A stretch of DNA of 64,000 nt, from positions 1,088,001 through 1,152,000 of the forward strand of contig CAXXLL010000003.1 of NCBI GenBank assembly GCA_963662545.2. Reading direction: 5' to 3'. Below are positions 53,459-64,000 of the stretch, in pieces. The translations under genes were made by a program, and so were the position numbers. The DNA comes from Gammaproteobacteria bacterium (GTDB lineage Bacteria > Pseudomonadota > Gammaproteobacteria > Ga0077536). The notes beneath the pieces are model-generated. The model saw only the letters and a list, made by a program, of their open reading frames with translations. It did not search any database and was not told the origin of the DNA. Numbering within the stretch: position 1 is the first letter of the stretch; each line of letters opens with the position of its first letter.

Positions 53459-53472
53459 ACGCCTGTCCCGTT

Positions 53473-54555
53473 CTACCTAAGCTTGAGCGTCGCCAGCGCG
53501 GCGAGGACGAGCACGACTGTAACGATCCAGAAACGAACGATCACCCGCGGCTCTGGCCAACCCTTGAGTTCGAAGTGGTGGTGAATCGGCGCCATCTTGA
53601 AGAGCCGTTTACCCGTCAGTTTGTACGAGACGACTTGCAGGATCACCGACACCGTTTCCATGACGAACACGCCGCCCATGATCAGGAGAACGAGTTCCTG
53701 CCGTACGACTACGGCGACTGTGCCAAGTGCGGCCCCGAGAGCCAATGCGCCCATGTCGCCCATGAAAATTTGTGCCGGGTATGTATTGAACCAGAGGAAC
53801 CCCAGCCCGGCCCCGACGATCGCGCCGCAAAAAACGCACACTTCTCCAACCCCACTGATATAGGGCACGGCCAAGTAGCGCGCGAAATTCACATTCCCGG
53901 CGACGTAGGCGAATACGATCAAGGCGGCGGCGACCATCACCGTCGGCAAGATTGCCAACCCGTCCAGGCCGTCCGTCAAATTGACCGCGTTGCTCGTACC
54001 CACGATCACAAAATACGTGAAGATGACGTAGAACCAACCGAGATCGAGTGCGATGCTTTTAAAGAACGGAACGATCAACTGAGTCTCGGACGGGGTTCGC
54101 GCCGTGTAATAGAGCACGAGAGCCGTCGCCAACGCTACGGCAGACAGCCATGCGTATTTCTTACCCGCGGAAAGTCCTCTCGAATCTCGGTGGCTTAGCT
54201 TGAGATAGTCATCTGCTGAGCCAACGGCGCCGAATAAAATGGTGGTCAACAATACTATCCAAACGAAGCGGTTTCCGAGATCGCTCCACAACAGGGTGCT
54301 CACGGTGATCGATACCAGGATCAACAAGCCGCCCATCGTCGGAGTTCCGGCTTTGGATTGGTGTGATTCGGGTCCGTCGTGACGAACATTTTCACTGATT
54401 TGAAAATTCGCCAGGTGGCGAATCATCGACGGTCCGATGATCAACGCAATGAAAAGCGCAGTGAGCACGCCGAGTATCGTGCGCAGGGTAATGTACTGAA
54501 ATACGTTGAACCCGGAGTGGTACTGCACCAGATACTCCGTCAGATAGATCAGCAC
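53473..54555 (-). CDS. mraY: phospho-N-acetylmuramoyl-pentapeptide transferase
   Basis: [30 protein letters not shown]. Confidence 0.98.
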   Translation of the reverse strand: MLIYLTEYLVQYHSGFNVFQYITLRTILGVLTALFIALIIGPSMIRHLANFQISENVRHDGPESHQSKAGTPTMGGLLILVSITVSTLLWSDLGNRFVWIVLLTTILFGAVGSADDYLKLSHRDSRGLSAGKKYAWLSAVALATALVLYYTARTPSETQLIVPFFKSIALDLGWFYVIFTYFVIVGTSNAVNLTDGLDGLAILPTVMVAAALIVFAYVAGNVNFARYLAVPYISGVGEVCVFCGAIVGAGLGFLWFNTYPAQIFMGDMGALALGAALGTVAVVVRQELVLLIMGGVFVMETVSVILQVVSYKLTGKRLFKMAPIHHHFELKGWPEPRVIVRFWIVTVVLVLAALATLKLR

Positions 54556-55913
54556 TTAACCTGCTCCGATTCCGCCAGAATATCGGCGACTTTGTCCAAG
54601 GCCATCACGCGCGAGCCCTTAATCAGAATAGCGATATCGGATTCGCGCGATCGGGTGAGTGCACGGGTCAAGCTTGCGGTCAGCGAGTCCAGATCGGAAA
54701 AATGTTCGGCGCCGACGTCGAACTCGAGTGCGGCGGCCTTCGCCAGGGCGCCGACGGTAAACAGGCGTTGTACACCCGCACGCGACGCGGCGCGTGCGGC
54801 TTCACGATGATAATTTTCACTGTCATCACCAAGTTCCGCCATATCACCGAGAACGAGCCACTTATGACCGCGCTCGTTGGACAGCACGTCGAGCGCCGCT
54901 TGAAGGGACGCGGGATTGGCATTGTAGGAATCATCCAGTAGACGGGCTCCGCCCGGTCCGTGGCGGAGTTGTAATCGGCCCCGAACCGGTACGGCTCGCT
55001 CTAGCCCGGCACGGATGCTGGCGAGAGTAACATCGACGGCGCGGGCGGCCGCGGCAGCAGCGAGCGCATTTTGTACGTTGTGCCTGCCCTTGAATGCGAA
55101 CTTGATCAAAGTCTCGCCTATATCCGTCCTCAGAACGAACGAAGTTTTATCGGCGCCGACCGTCACAGCTTTCGCCGTGATCATTCCTCCTCTTCCGAAC
55201 GTGACGATACGACGTTCACCGGCCATTTCCGTCCAAAGAGAAGCATAGGGATCTTCGCAGTTGATGACGACGAACCCATCGCCGCCCAGTGCCGAAATGA
55301 TCTCGCCCTTAGCCCGTGCGATCGCTTCAATGCTGCCGAAACCTTCCAGGTGTGACGGCGCGACCAGGGTGATGACGGCGACTAGCGGACCGCTGATTTC
55401 ACCCAGCCACGCGATATCGCCGGGTCGATTCGCCCCCATCTCGATCACTGCGAAATCGTGTTCGGCGCGAAGCTCGAAAAGTGTCAATGGCAGACCGATA
55501 TCGTTGTTAAGGTTGCCCCGCGTTGCGAGCACCTCACCTTGAACCTGCAAGATCGCAGCGAGCATCTCCTTGACAGTAGTTTTGCCAGAACTCCCGGTCA
55601 CTGCTAGTAGCGGGATCTCGAATCTGCTTCTCCAATTTCGCGCGAGGCGGCCAAGACTGCGACGGCAATCACTCGTGTGAATCAGGCCTAATCCAATATT
55701 TTCCACATGCTCGACGACGGCGCCGGCGGCGCCCGCGTTAGCGGCATCGTCGAGTTTGTCGTGGGCATCGAAACGCGGGCCCCTGAGCGCGAAAAACAAT
55801 TGATTGGGCGTGAGCGAGCGCGTGTCCGTACTGACGCCCTCAAATCCACGATCGCTGCCAATGAGTTCACCGTCGATGGCGTTCGCGGCCTCCGATAGCT
55901 GCATTGCGATCAT
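54549..55913 (-). CDS. murF: UDP-MurNAc-tripeptide--D-Ala-D-Ala ligase
   Basis: [29 protein letters not shown]. Confidence 0.97.
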   Translation of the reverse strand: MIAMQLSEAANAIDGELIGSDRGFEGVSTDTRSLTPNQLFFALRGPRFDAHDKLDDAANAGAAGAVVEHVENIGLGLIHTSDCRRSLGRLARNWRSRFEIPLLAVTGSSGKTTVKEMLAAILQVQGEVLATRGNLNNDIGLPLTLFELRAEHDFAVIEMGANRPGDIAWLGEISGPLVAVITLVAPSHLEGFGSIEAIARAKGEIISALGGDGFVVINCEDPYASLWTEMAGERRIVTFGRGGMITAKAVTVGADKTSFVLRTDIGETLIKFAFKGRHNVQNALAAAAAARAVDVTLASIRAGLERAVPVRGRLQLRHGPGGARLLDDSYNANPASLQAALDVLSNERGHKWLVLGDMAELGDDSENYHREAARAASRAGVQRLFTVGALAKAAALEFDVGAEHFSDLDSLTASLTRALTRSRESDIAILIKGSRVMALDKVADILAESEQVKC

Positions 55914-57412
55914 GAATCGTTCTCCCTCAGCGCCTGCTCGACTTCCGAGCGATCGCTGAATGGAGTTCTAACACCGTCGTGCTCCTGGATCACCTCATGA
56001 CCTTTACCGGCAACCAGCACAATATCGTCTGCCGATGCGGCACCTATCGCTGTTCTGATCGCTTCCGCGCGATCGTGAATGATGCGCACAGCTGCAGGCG
56101 AGTGCATGCCCGAGACGATATCGCGCGCGATATCGGCGTTGTGCTCGCCCCGCGGATTGTCAGCGGTCACGATCACTTGGTCTGCATAGCATTCGGCAAT
56201 CTCGCCCATGACGGGACGCTTGCTGTGGTCACGTTCTCCGCCACAACCAAACACCAGTACCAAGCGCTGCGCTCCTGCTTCGCGTAATGCCGTCAGTGCC
56301 GCCAGCAGGCTGTCGGGAGAATGAGCATAGTCCACAAATACGCGCGCGCCCGCCGGTGTCGTCCCGCATAACTCCATACGGCCGGGTACCCGACGGACCC
56401 GTGACAGCGCGGTACATATGCGTTCGAGCGCGTGGCCGAGCGATAGCAAGTAGGCCGCAGCGATCAATAAATTGTCGACGTTGAAACGTCCGAGCAGCGT
56501 GCTCTCGATACGGGCCGCGCGTTTCGCGTGACGCAGGGTAAAACGTACGCCATCGCGCATCGATTCTACTTCGGTCCCGGTAACCCGTGCCCGGCTTTCG
56601 GCTTCGCTTCGATTCGTCGAGCAGGTCCACAATTCGATATGCGGACCGATTGAACTTGCTATTCCGACACCCACCGGATCGTCGACATTCACGATCGCCG
56701 TCGCCAAACCCTTATGCGTGAACAAATGCCGTTTGACTTCCGCGTAAGCCTCGATATCGCCGTGGTAATCGAGGTGATCATGGCCGAGGTTTGTAAACGC
56801 CGCCGCGCCGAGTGTGAGCCCCGACAGGCGATCTTGATCCAGAGCGTGCGAGGATGCTTCCAGCGCTACGAAACCGACGTTTTCCGCGCGTAGACGCGCC
56901 AGCCAGCGGTTCAGGGTAATGATGTCGGGTGTCGTCATGCCAATCGACGTCAACTGATCCAAACGCCCGGCGCCGAGCGTTCCTATGTAGCCGCAGGTCT
57001 CACCCAGCTCACCTACTGCTTGCGCTGCGATATGTGCCACTGTGGACTTGCCGTTCGTTCCGGTGATCGCGAGTACGTGCACGGCTGCCGATGGATCGTC
57101 AAAAAGGCGCCTGGCAATTTCTCCCAAGTGCCCGCGTACGTCTGCAAGCTCGAACACCGGAATCGCGAAATGCAGCGCCGGTTCATTTTCCTCCACGACG
57201 ATCGCCGTGGCCCCTCTGGCGACGGCTTCGGCGGCAAACGCCATGCCGTTTGCGCGCGCACCCTTGAGTGCGAAAAAGCAGGTCCCAGGACCGACGTCGC
57301 GGCTGTCGAGAGCGATATCGGAAATGTTTCGATCGTCCCGGGCTGGTACGGTGAGGATCCCGTCAAATAGTTCCGACAGCGCAACACCCATCTGGGATTG
57401 GGGTGCCATCAT
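55910..57412 (-). CDS. murE: UDP-MurNAc-L-Ala-D-Glu--meso-DAP ligase
   Basis: GTNGKST, DHLDYH, DYAH, DNPR (mDAP specificity), AGKGHE. Confidence 0.97.
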   Translation of the reverse strand: MMAPQSQMGVALSELFDGILTVPARDDRNISDIALDSRDVGPGTCFFALKGARANGMAFAAEAVARGATAIVVEENEPALHFAIPVFELADVRGHLGEIARRLFDDPSAAVHVLAITGTNGKSTVAHIAAQAVGELGETCGYIGTLGAGRLDQLTSIGMTTPDIITLNRWLARLRAENVGFVALEASSHALDQDRLSGLTLGAAAFTNLGHDHLDYHGDIEAYAEVKRHLFTHKGLATAIVNVDDPVGVGIASSIGPHIELWTCSTNRSEAESRARVTGTEVESMRDGVRFTLRHAKRAARIESTLLGRFNVDNLLIAAAYLLSLGHALERICTALSRVRRVPGRMELCGTTPAGARVFVDYAHSPDSLLAALTALREAGAQRLVLVFGCGGERDHSKRPVMGEIAECYADQVIVTADNPRGEHNADIARDIVSGMHSPAAVRIIHDRAEAIRTAIGAASADDIVLVAGKGHEVIQEHDGVRTPFSDRSEVEQALRENDS

Positions 57413-59151
57413 GGCCGGCGCTCGGCTATCCGGGCGGATTCAAAACGCGCCATCAGCTTCATTTCGTCCATGGGTTCGCCGGCGGGCTGGTCCGGCGGGA
57501 TATTCAGGATGCGGGTCGCCTCGCGCATGACGCTTGCGAAAACAGGTGCAGCGACGCGGCCACCAAAATATCCGCCGCTCTTCGGTTCGTCGATAACGAC
57601 GATCGCTACGAGCCGTGGACGGTTCGCCGGGATCATGCCGGCGAAAAGCGAAAGGTAGCGATCTTCGGCGTAGCCAGACACGGTCGATTTATGAACGGTG
57701 CCCGTTTTACCCGCGACTGAATACCCTGGCACGGCGGCAGCGTGTCCGGTTCCGTGCGCGACGGCACGTTCGAGCATCTTACGGATCTCGCGCGCCGTTG
57801 TGGAGTGCATCGCGCGCCGCCTCTGCGGCGGTACATCGGAACGCACGATGCTGAGCGGCTGCAGCCAACCGCCGTTGGCGATCGCCATGTATGCACGTGC
57901 CAGCTGCGTTGCAGTGACAGACATGCCATAACCAAAGGCCAGCGTAGCGTGCTCGATCTCCCGCCAGTTACGATACTCGTTCAACCTTCCGTAAGCTTCG
58001 CCAGGTAGGAGGGCTTCGGTCAGAGACCCGAACCCACAGGCCCGAAATAACCGCCAAAGTAGCTCCGGTTCCAGCGACAGGGCGAGTTTGCTGGCCCCCA
58101 CGTTGCTCGACTTTACAACGATGGCGACGATGTCGAGCTGATGGTAATTCCTGACATCCCGGATGAGGTGCTTCCCCACCTTGAAGTACCCTGGCGATGT
58201 GTCGATCCTGGATTCCGGCAAGTATCGTCCGCTTTCCAGCGCAGCGGCAATCGTGAACGGTTTGATCGTCGATCCGGGTTCGAACAGGTCGGTTACTGCG
58301 CGATTCCGATAGTGCTCACCTTTGAGGTCGCTGCGATTGTTGGGGTTGAAGGACGGTCGATTAACGAGCGCGAGGATTTCCCCGGATTGCACGTCCAGGA
58401 CCACCATTGAACCTGCGCGAGCTTGATGACGCTGCACCGCGGCTTTGAGCTCACGGTAAGCGGCATACTGAATTCGCTTGTCGATACTGAGTACTACATC
58501 GCGCCCCGGGCGCGTCGCGCGCAGGCGCTCGACGTCCTCGACGATCCGTCCTAGACGATCCTTGATTACGCGACGGGAACCGGGTTCGCCCCGGAGTGCC
58601 TGATCGAAGGCCAATTCGACCCCTTCCTGACCTTGATCGTCTACGTTTGTGAAGCCAACCACGTGAGCCGCGACTTCGGCTGCCGGGTAATAGCGTCGGT
58701 TTTCCTCAATCAATCCGACACCTCGCAGGTTCAGTCTATGCACCGCTTCGCTTTCGTCCGGTGTTAAGTGCCGGCGCAGATATACGAATTTTCGATCGAG
58801 GCGCGGCAGTACCTGCGTTTCGAGGTGGGCGACCGTCGTACCGAGCAACTCGGCAAGTACCGGCCACTGGCTGCGAACCTGGACAAACTGATCGGGACTC
58901 ACCCAGGCGGAGTGGATCGGCGCACTGATGGCGAGCGGTTCGCCGTTACGATCGAGAATCATGCCGCGGTTGGCATCAATGCGCTCGACGCGAAGATATC
59001 GGGCATCGCCGTGATTCTGGAGGAATTCCCGATCGTGGAGCTGGATATCGATCGCGCGCCAAGCGAGCACCGAAGCGGCGCCGACGAATATCGTCACGAT
59101 AATCCGGCGCCTTAGCCTCAATTCCCTGCGCGCGTCTGATCGCGAACTCAT
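57409..59151 (-). CDS. ftsI: penicillin-binding protein 3
   Basis: RGMILDRNG, EPGSTIK (SxxK), SSN, KTGT. Confidence 0.97.
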   Translation of the reverse strand: MSSRSDARRELRLRRRIIVTIFVGAASVLAWRAIDIQLHDREFLQNHGDARYLRVERIDANRGMILDRNGEPLAISAPIHSAWVSPDQFVQVRSQWPVLAELLGTTVAHLETQVLPRLDRKFVYLRRHLTPDESEAVHRLNLRGVGLIEENRRYYPAAEVAAHVVGFTNVDDQGQEGVELAFDQALRGEPGSRRVIKDRLGRIVEDVERLRATRPGRDVVLSIDKRIQYAAYRELKAAVQRHQARAGSMVVLDVQSGEILALVNRPSFNPNNRSDLKGEHYRNRAVTDLFEPGSTIKPFTIAAALESGRYLPESRIDTSPGYFKVGKHLIRDVRNYHQLDIVAIVVKSSNVGASKLALSLEPELLWRLFRACGFGSLTEALLPGEAYGRLNEYRNWREIEHATLAFGYGMSVTATQLARAYMAIANGGWLQPLSIVRSDVPPQRRRAMHSTTAREIRKMLERAVAHGTGHAAAVPGYSVAGKTGTVHKSTVSGYAEDRYLSLFAGMIPANRPRLVAIVVIDEPKSGGYFGGRVAAPVFASVMREATRILNIPPDQPAGEPMDEMKLMARFESARIAERRP

Positions 59152-59411
59152 CGCAGTTCCATAACCTGCCGCGTGACCGGCGCGATCATCTCGAGTTTTT
59201 CACTCGCGACTTTTTCAACCCTGATATGTGTTCCCCACGTTGCCTGTTCGAGGAGTAGCTGACCCCACTCGCGGTCGAGGTCCTGTTTCGTTTCTCTGAG
59301 ATCCTGCAATTCGACGAAAAGTTTTCGACTGTCGTGCCTATACACCACGAGTTCTACGGCTGATGCGAACGCCAGCCCTGCCGCTACTATGATCGTAATC
59401 ACCGATTTCAA
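59148..59411 (-). CDS. ftsL: cell division protein FtsL
   Basis: TM plus coiled coil, EWGQLLLEQ. Confidence 0.93.
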   Translation of the reverse strand: MKSVITIIVAAGLAFASAVELVVYRHDSRKLFVELQDLRETKQDLDREWGQLLLEQATWGTHIRVEKVASEKLEMIAPVTRQVMELR

Positions 59412-60316
59412 GCGTAACGCTCCAGAACTCTGAGACGGGCGCTGCGTGCGCGGGGATTCCGCTTTCGCTCGAGCTCGTCCGCCATGCGTGGCTTTTTTGT
59501 CAGGACGCGGTACAACGGCTTTCCCTCGGTAGGATCCTCGCGCCTCGAGCTAGTGTCCCGCTCGCGAAAAAACCGCTTGACCAGCCGATCCTCGATCGAG
59601 TGAAAAGCAATCACGAGAATTCGCCCGCCGACGGCCAGTAATCTCGAAGCGGCAAGAAGAGCCCGCTCGACTTCGCCGAGTTCATCGTTGATGTGAATGC
59701 GTACCGCCTGAAAAGTGCGAGTCGCCGGGTCGATCCGACTGCGCGGTCCACGCATGCACGAACGCACCAGCTCAGCCAGCTCGAAGGTCGATTTCAGCGC
59801 ATGCACCCGACGGCTCTCGACGATTCTGTGCGCGATTTGTCGTGAACGACGCTCGTCGCCGTAATGCCAGAGAACGTCACTGATCTCCTTTTTCGACGCC
59901 GACATCAACCAGTCGGCCGCCGAGACTGGCTCGCTTGGATCCATGCGCATATCGAGAGGCCCATCATGCTGAAAGCTGAAACCGCGGCCAGATTCGTCAA
60001 GCTGAGGCGTCGACACGCCGAGATCAAAAAGCACGCCGTCGATCGCCGATTCTTCATCGCTCAGCACGTCTTCGAGCTTCGAGAACCTTTGCTGTGCCAC
60101 TCTCACGCGGGAATCCTCCCGGGCAAGGGCCCGCGCCTGCTCTACGGCCCGCGGATCACGGTCAATGACGATCAGTCGACCCTGCGAGTCGAGGCATTGC
60201 AAGATTGCTCGGCTGTGACCGCCGCGTCCAAATGTCGCGTCGATATACAGTCCTCCGGGTCTCACGTTCATAAGGTCCACAACCTCACTCAACAAGACCG
60301 GTACGTGTTCGTGCAC
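59408..60316 (-). CDS. rsmH: 16S rRNA (cytosine1402-N4)-methyltransferase
   Basis: HVPVLL, DATFGRGGHS, RGFSF..DGPLDMRMD, NPRARSA. Confidence 0.97.
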   Translation of the reverse strand: MHEHVPVLLSEVVDLMNVRPGGLYIDATFGRGGHSRAILQCLDSQGRLIVIDRDPRAVEQARALAREDSRVRVAQQRFSKLEDVLSDEESAIDGVLFDLGVSTPQLDESGRGFSFQHDGPLDMRMDPSEPVSAADWLMSASKKEISDVLWHYGDERRSRQIAHRIVESRRVHALKSTFELAELVRSCMRGPRSRIDPATRTFQAVRIHINDELGEVERALLAASRLLAVGGRILVIAFHSIEDRLVKRFFRERDTSSRREDPTEGKPLYRVLTKKPRMADELERKRNPRARSARLRVLERYA

Positions 60317-60326
60317 CCAATTCCAC

Positions 60327-60785
60327 TTACAGCGAAAGAGACTCCAACGCGGAAGACGGATCCCCCGTGCCGTTGCCGACGTCGTTCAGCCAGCGGTCGC
60401 GCTCCGCATTCCATGCGTCGCGATCCCAGATTTCTAATTTGTTTCCTTGACCGAGCAGCGCCACCGGCCCGTCGATGCCAGCGATGGCGCGAAGTTCTTG
60501 AGGCAACAATACACGGGCCTGGTTGTCACAAACGCAATCGGCGGCGTAACCACGCATGATTTGCTTGGTTCTACGGCTCTGCTTGTCAAAGTCGGACAAG
60601 GCCGATAATTTGGTTTCGATCAGTTCCCATTCGGCCAACGGATAAAGCCACAAGGCACGATCCCAGGGATTGAGGGTGATGACGAGTTCCGGGGACCCGA
60701 GCTGGGCCAAGGCCTCGCGATAACGGGCCGGAATCGCCAGACGCCCCTTGGCGTCGACGTTGATTGTACTCAGGCCTCGGAACAT
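60327..60785 (-). CDS. mraZ: division/cell wall cluster transcriptional repressor MraZ
   Basis: MFRG...DAKGRLAIP, second SpoVT-like repeat, EIW. Confidence 0.96.
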   Translation of the reverse strand: MFRGLSTINVDAKGRLAIPARYREALAQLGSPELVITLNPWDRALWLYPLAEWELIETKLSALSDFDKQSRRTKQIMRGYAADCVCDNQARVLLPQELRAIAGIDGPVALLGQGNKLEIWDRDAWNAERDRWLNDVGNGTGDPSSALESLSL

Positions 60786-60870
60786 TCCCGTGCATGGGAT
60801 GCCACGCGATGGCGGTCCGCTTCACAGCGTTAAGAACGGACGTGTTGAAACCACCGAATTCGCGCGAGAT

Positions 60871-60894
60871 CCACTTTTCCCCACATTTCACCAC
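60871..60894 (-). promoter_or_regulatory. MraZ operator (dcw box)
   Basis: Minus strand GTGG repeats at exact 10-bp period (CCAC at 60871, 60881, 60891, plus one in phase at 60851) just downstream of the promoter. Confidence 0.85.
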
Positions 60895-60902
60895 CGAACT
60901 GC

Positions 60903-60932
60903 ACTATAAGGAGTGGGGAGGAAAACTGTCAA
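60903..60932 (-). promoter_or_regulatory. sigma70 promoter of the dcw operon
   Basis: Minus strand TTGACA-N18-TATAGT. Confidence 0.85.
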
Positions 60933-61227
60933 GAAAATCAGGGGTAATAATTCGCGAATTCTTGCTTTAGTTACAGGGACTTAGCTGCCTTCATCGCTAG
61001 CCGTGCCGACCCTTCGATAGCACGCGTGGTAGAAACAATCAAAAAATCATCCATCTATGTCAAGCAGCTAATGTATTTTATGAAAGAATTGCACCCGCCG
61101 GCTCGCCCCATGAAGTACCGCGGATACCGGGGGACGGGTTCGGCTAAATGCCTCGCTGGATTGAATCCCATTGCCGTACCTAGCCCTCCTGTTGGACGAA
61201 TGCGGGCCAGCCCCGACGCAGGGTAGA

Positions 61228-61654
61228 GTGCAAGCCGGCCTGTAAGCCGGGTTCTGTGGTGTTGCAAAGCAACACGGCGATCATTCATCTGCGACGCGTG
61301 TCGCCACGCGCCTGAAGCGACCTACCCGGAAACTCGTGCGGACCACACTTCACCGCTTACGCGGCGCGTTTCCCTATTTGGTCTTGCTCCGGATGGGGTT
61401 TACCCTGCCACCGGCGTTGGCCGGCGCGGTGCGCTCTTACCGCACCTTTTCACCCTTACCCCACCACCAACCCCGGGGCCGCTATGCGGCGACGGGGTTG
61501 GTGGTGGGGCGGTCTGTTTTCTGTGGCACTTTCCGTAGGCTCGCGCCCCCCAGGCGTTACCTGGCATCCTGTCCTGTGGAGCCCGGACTTTCCTCCGCCA
61601 TCCAACACGCAACGAATGCGCCTGGATGACGGCGACCGCCCGGCCGACTTGCAC
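61228..61654 (-). ncRNA. rnpB: RNase P RNA, bacterial type A
   Basis: Minus strand GAGGAAAGTCCGGGCTCC, AGTGCCACAGAAAAC, GGTAAACCCC and ACAGAACCCGGCTTA conserved regions; P1 helix GTGCAAGTCGGCC/GGCCGGCTTGCAC; downstream of rsmI. Confidence 0.97.
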
Positions 61655-61677
61655 GTGAGAGTGTGTCGCCTCATCTG

Positions 61678-62544
61678 TCAAATTTCAACGTCATCTGCGT
61701 GTTCGGAGATTCTTAACGCTGCTTCGTAGATTAAATTGCGGCTCAAGCCCGTGATCGCCTTGGCTACGCGTATCGCTGTTTTCGAATCCATTTCCTCAAG
61801 CAGGATCTGTATGACGCGCTCCGCCTCACGGGTATCCGGATGTCTTTGCTGACCGGCGACGATTAAAACGATTTCGCCACGATGGGTATTCGGATCGGAT
61901 TCCAGAAGCTCCGACAATTCAGCCAATGATCCACGGTAGACCGCTTCGAACTTCTTGGTGAGCTCACGCGCAATGGCAGCCCCTCGCGCTCCTCCAAAAA
62001 TGGAGATCATCGCATTCAGCGTATCGAGTATCCGATGGGGTGCCTCGAAGAACACAAGGGTTCGAGATTCCTGCGCCAAACGTCGCAGCCGCGCCTCTCG
62101 GGGGTGCGCGCGCGCCGGCAAAAAACCCTCGAAAGCGAAGCGGTCCGTCGCCATGCCAGACACGCTTAATGCCGCCGTAACGGCACAAGGGCCAGGTATC
62201 GCCAGGACCGGAATGGAGGCTGCCACCGCACAATTCACCAGCGCGTAACCCGGATCCGATATCAGGGGGGTGCCGGCATCGGAGATCAATGCGCAGGTTT
62301 CGCGCCTCGCCTGCAGGGCCGCAACGACCTTCTCCGCCATGCGGCCTTCATTGTGATCATGTAAAGGCCTGAGCGAAGTCGTCACGCCGTATGCCTCAAG
62401 CAGTTTGCGGCTATGCCGGGTATCTTCGCTCAAAATGAAATCAACGGCGTCGAGGATCTCGACGGCGCGGCGACCGATATCGCCCAAATTACCTATCGGG
62501 GTCGCGACGACGTAAACGGCCGGGCGTTCAATTGACACGTCCAT
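61678..62544 (-). CDS. rsmI: 16S rRNA (cytidine1402-2'-O)-methyltransferase
   Basis: YVVATPIGNLGD, EDTR, SDAGTPLISDPG, ARELTKKFE. Confidence 0.97.
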   Translation of the reverse strand: MDVSIERPAVYVVATPIGNLGDIGRRAVEILDAVDFILSEDTRHSRKLLEAYGVTTSLRPLHDHNEGRMAEKVVAALQARRETCALISDAGTPLISDPGYALVNCAVAASIPVLAIPGPCAVTAALSVSGMATDRFAFEGFLPARAHPREARLRRLAQESRTLVFFEAPHRILDTLNAMISIFGGARGAAIARELTKKFEAVYRGSLAELSELLESDPNTHRGEIVLIVAGQQRHPDTREAERVIQILLEEMDSKTAIRVAKAITGLSRNLIYEAALRISEHADDVEI

Positions 62545-62559
62545 GGAGGAAAAAGATAC

Positions 62560-62656
62560 TACAACCTATCTCTAAATTATCCGCATGTGCGTTGTGCCTT
62601 GAAATGCTCGAAAATCGCTGCCGGCGCACGTGCAAATAATTTTGAGAAAGGTCCCA
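62560..62656. repeat. family B palindromic element, 97-bp degenerate copy
   Basis: AACCTATCTCTAAATTATCCGCATGTGCG ... CGCACGTGCAAATAATTTTGAGAAAGGT imperfect inverted arms related to 1982-2035. Confidence 0.75.
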
Positions 62657-62661
62657 AGCTC

Positions 62662-64000
62662 GTGCCGCGCTCTGTGCTCACTCAAAATCCGCAACCGTTG
62701 CGCGTGCTTGCCGTGGCCGCGATTGCTCTTATTACATGCGCCTGCGGTCCGCAACGCAATGTTAGCGACACTCTGCAAGCTCCCGATCCACTCGTAGCGG
62801 CAAAACGCTTGCTCGGCCAGGGTAATTATGGTGCTGCGGCTGCGGCTTTCGCCGACGTCGCCCGTGCCAGCGATGCGTCGCGCTCGGTCGAGTTGAAGGC
62901 CATTGCTGCCCTCGCCTACCAGGACGCTGGAGATCGTGAGAGCGCTGACGCGCTCATCGGTGAACTCGATGAAAACGCCGGCGAAACTGCGCCCGTTGTC
63001 GCGCTCGCGAAGTCGCGATCGATGCTGCAGGCGGGTTTTTCCGACGACGCCTATGCAATGGCCGTGCAACTGGAAGAGTTGAGCCTGACGCCTTATCAAC
63101 GTGGCGTTCGCGCTCGCGTCATTGGAGAAGCCGCGTTGGCTGCCAACGACATTCCCGCCGCCGCGCAAGCGTGGATCTCGGCGTACCGGTACCCGTATCC
63201 CGCCGATCAATCGGAATTCATCGCTCGTTCGACCTGGCGCGCGATATCCCGGTTGCCGCAGCCCGAACTCGCTCGGCGTATCGCGACCAGCGCCCCAGCG
63301 TCAGCCGGCTGGTACTCTTTGGCGCAAATCGCATCGCGCTCCCTGTTCGACACACCGACTTTCATAGAAAGTACGGATAAATGGACACAACAATACGCCG
63401 GACATCCGGCAGCCGAATTGTTAGAGGAGCTGCTCGAGCGATCAGAACTGGTTTCAGTTCGGCCAAGGCGATTAGCGCTTTTCCTGCCGTTCGACGACAC
63501 CTTGGGTATCGCCGCCAAGGCGATTAGAGACGGCTTTCTTGCCGCATGGTATGCCGATGCTCGGATTGAATCGCGGCCCAGCGTCGAGGTTTATTCAACA
63601 GCAAGCGGCGATATCGTTTCGATTTACCGCAGAGCTGTTTCCGAAGGCGCAGAATTCGTGGTTGGACCGCTCAAAAAGAGCTTCGTTGCGGCGCTGCGCA
63701 AGGAAGAAAATCTCGAAACCGGCATCCTCGCGCTAAATGTCGTGGACGCCCCATCACGCAGCGGGGGCGGGCCGCCAGGCTTGTACCAGTTTGGATTGAC
63801 GCCGGAAGATGAAGCGCGCCAGGTCGCGCGACGCGCACAGGCCAGGGGTTCCCGCGCCCTGATCGTCACTCCGGACAGCGCATGGGGCCAAAGACTCATG
63901 AAGGCCTATGCTAATACCTGGAAGCAGCTCGGTGGCGTCGTGCTTGCAGAAGTATCTTATTCCGATGAGGCGGAATCCTATCCGGACGCCGTCAAACGCG
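62662..64000 (+). CDS. lpoA: penicillin-binding protein activator LpoA (LppC family lipoprotein), truncated by the window end
   Basis: Not in the ORF track because no stop is reached. Manual translation gives signal/lipobox IALITCAC, WTQQYAGHPA, AIRDGFLAAW and YQFGLTPEDEA; divergent from rsmI. Confidence 0.88.
   Translation, partial: MPRSVLTQNPQPLRVLAVAAIALITCACGPQRNVSDTLQAPDPLVAAKRLLGQGNYGAAAAAFADVARASDASRSVELKAIAALAYQDAGDRESADALIGELDENAGETAPVVALAKSRSMLQAGFSDDAYAMAVQLEELSLTPYQRGVRARVIGEAALAANDIPAAAQAWISAYRYPYPADQSEFIARSTWRAISRLPQPELARRIATSAPASAGWYSLAQIASRSLFDTPTFIESTDKWTQQYAGHPAAELLEELLERSELVSVRPRRLALFLPFDDTLGIAAKAIRDGFLAAWYADARIESRPSVEVYSTASGDIVSIYRRAVSEGAEFVVGPLKKSFVAALRKEENLETGILALNVVDAPSRSGGGPPGLYQFGLTPEDEARQVARRAQARGSRALIVTPDSAWGQRLMKAYANTWKQLGGVVLAEVSYSDEAESYPDAVKR

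Overview
64 kb of a GC-rich gammaproteobacterial chromosome, mostly core genes. It holds acyP-yihY / arsC-wrbA / hda-AI-2E-DUF2066 / purM / trmJ-suhB; a type IVa pilus region split in two (PP0621-pilS-pilR-pilA, and pilB-pilC-pilD-coaE-zapD about 15 kb away); sucCD-nadE, bamD-rluD-pgeF-gdh-clpB and mutT-argJ-secA; the complete dcw cluster (mraZ to lpxC); rnpB, rsmI and the 5' part of lpoA. The best candidate for an uncharacterised system is a probable pilin glycosylation cassette. A sigma54/PilR-controlled, Ser/Thr-rich pilA is followed by two tandem TMTC/TfpW-like GT-C membrane glycosyltransferases and a convergent DPM1-like GT2 polyprenol-phosphate sugar synthase. The intergenic DNA also carries three unannotated families of short non-autonomous palindromic elements. 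Family A is 162 bp with IS5-like 22-bp TIRs and YTAR target duplications. Family B is a 54-97 bp AGAACCTATCTCAAAATT palindrome. Family C is about 167 bp with four hairpins showing compensatory base changes, and has two tandem copies upstream of secA. No transposase, CRISPR array, tRNA or rRNA was seen. All calls come from reading motifs by eye; no database search was run.
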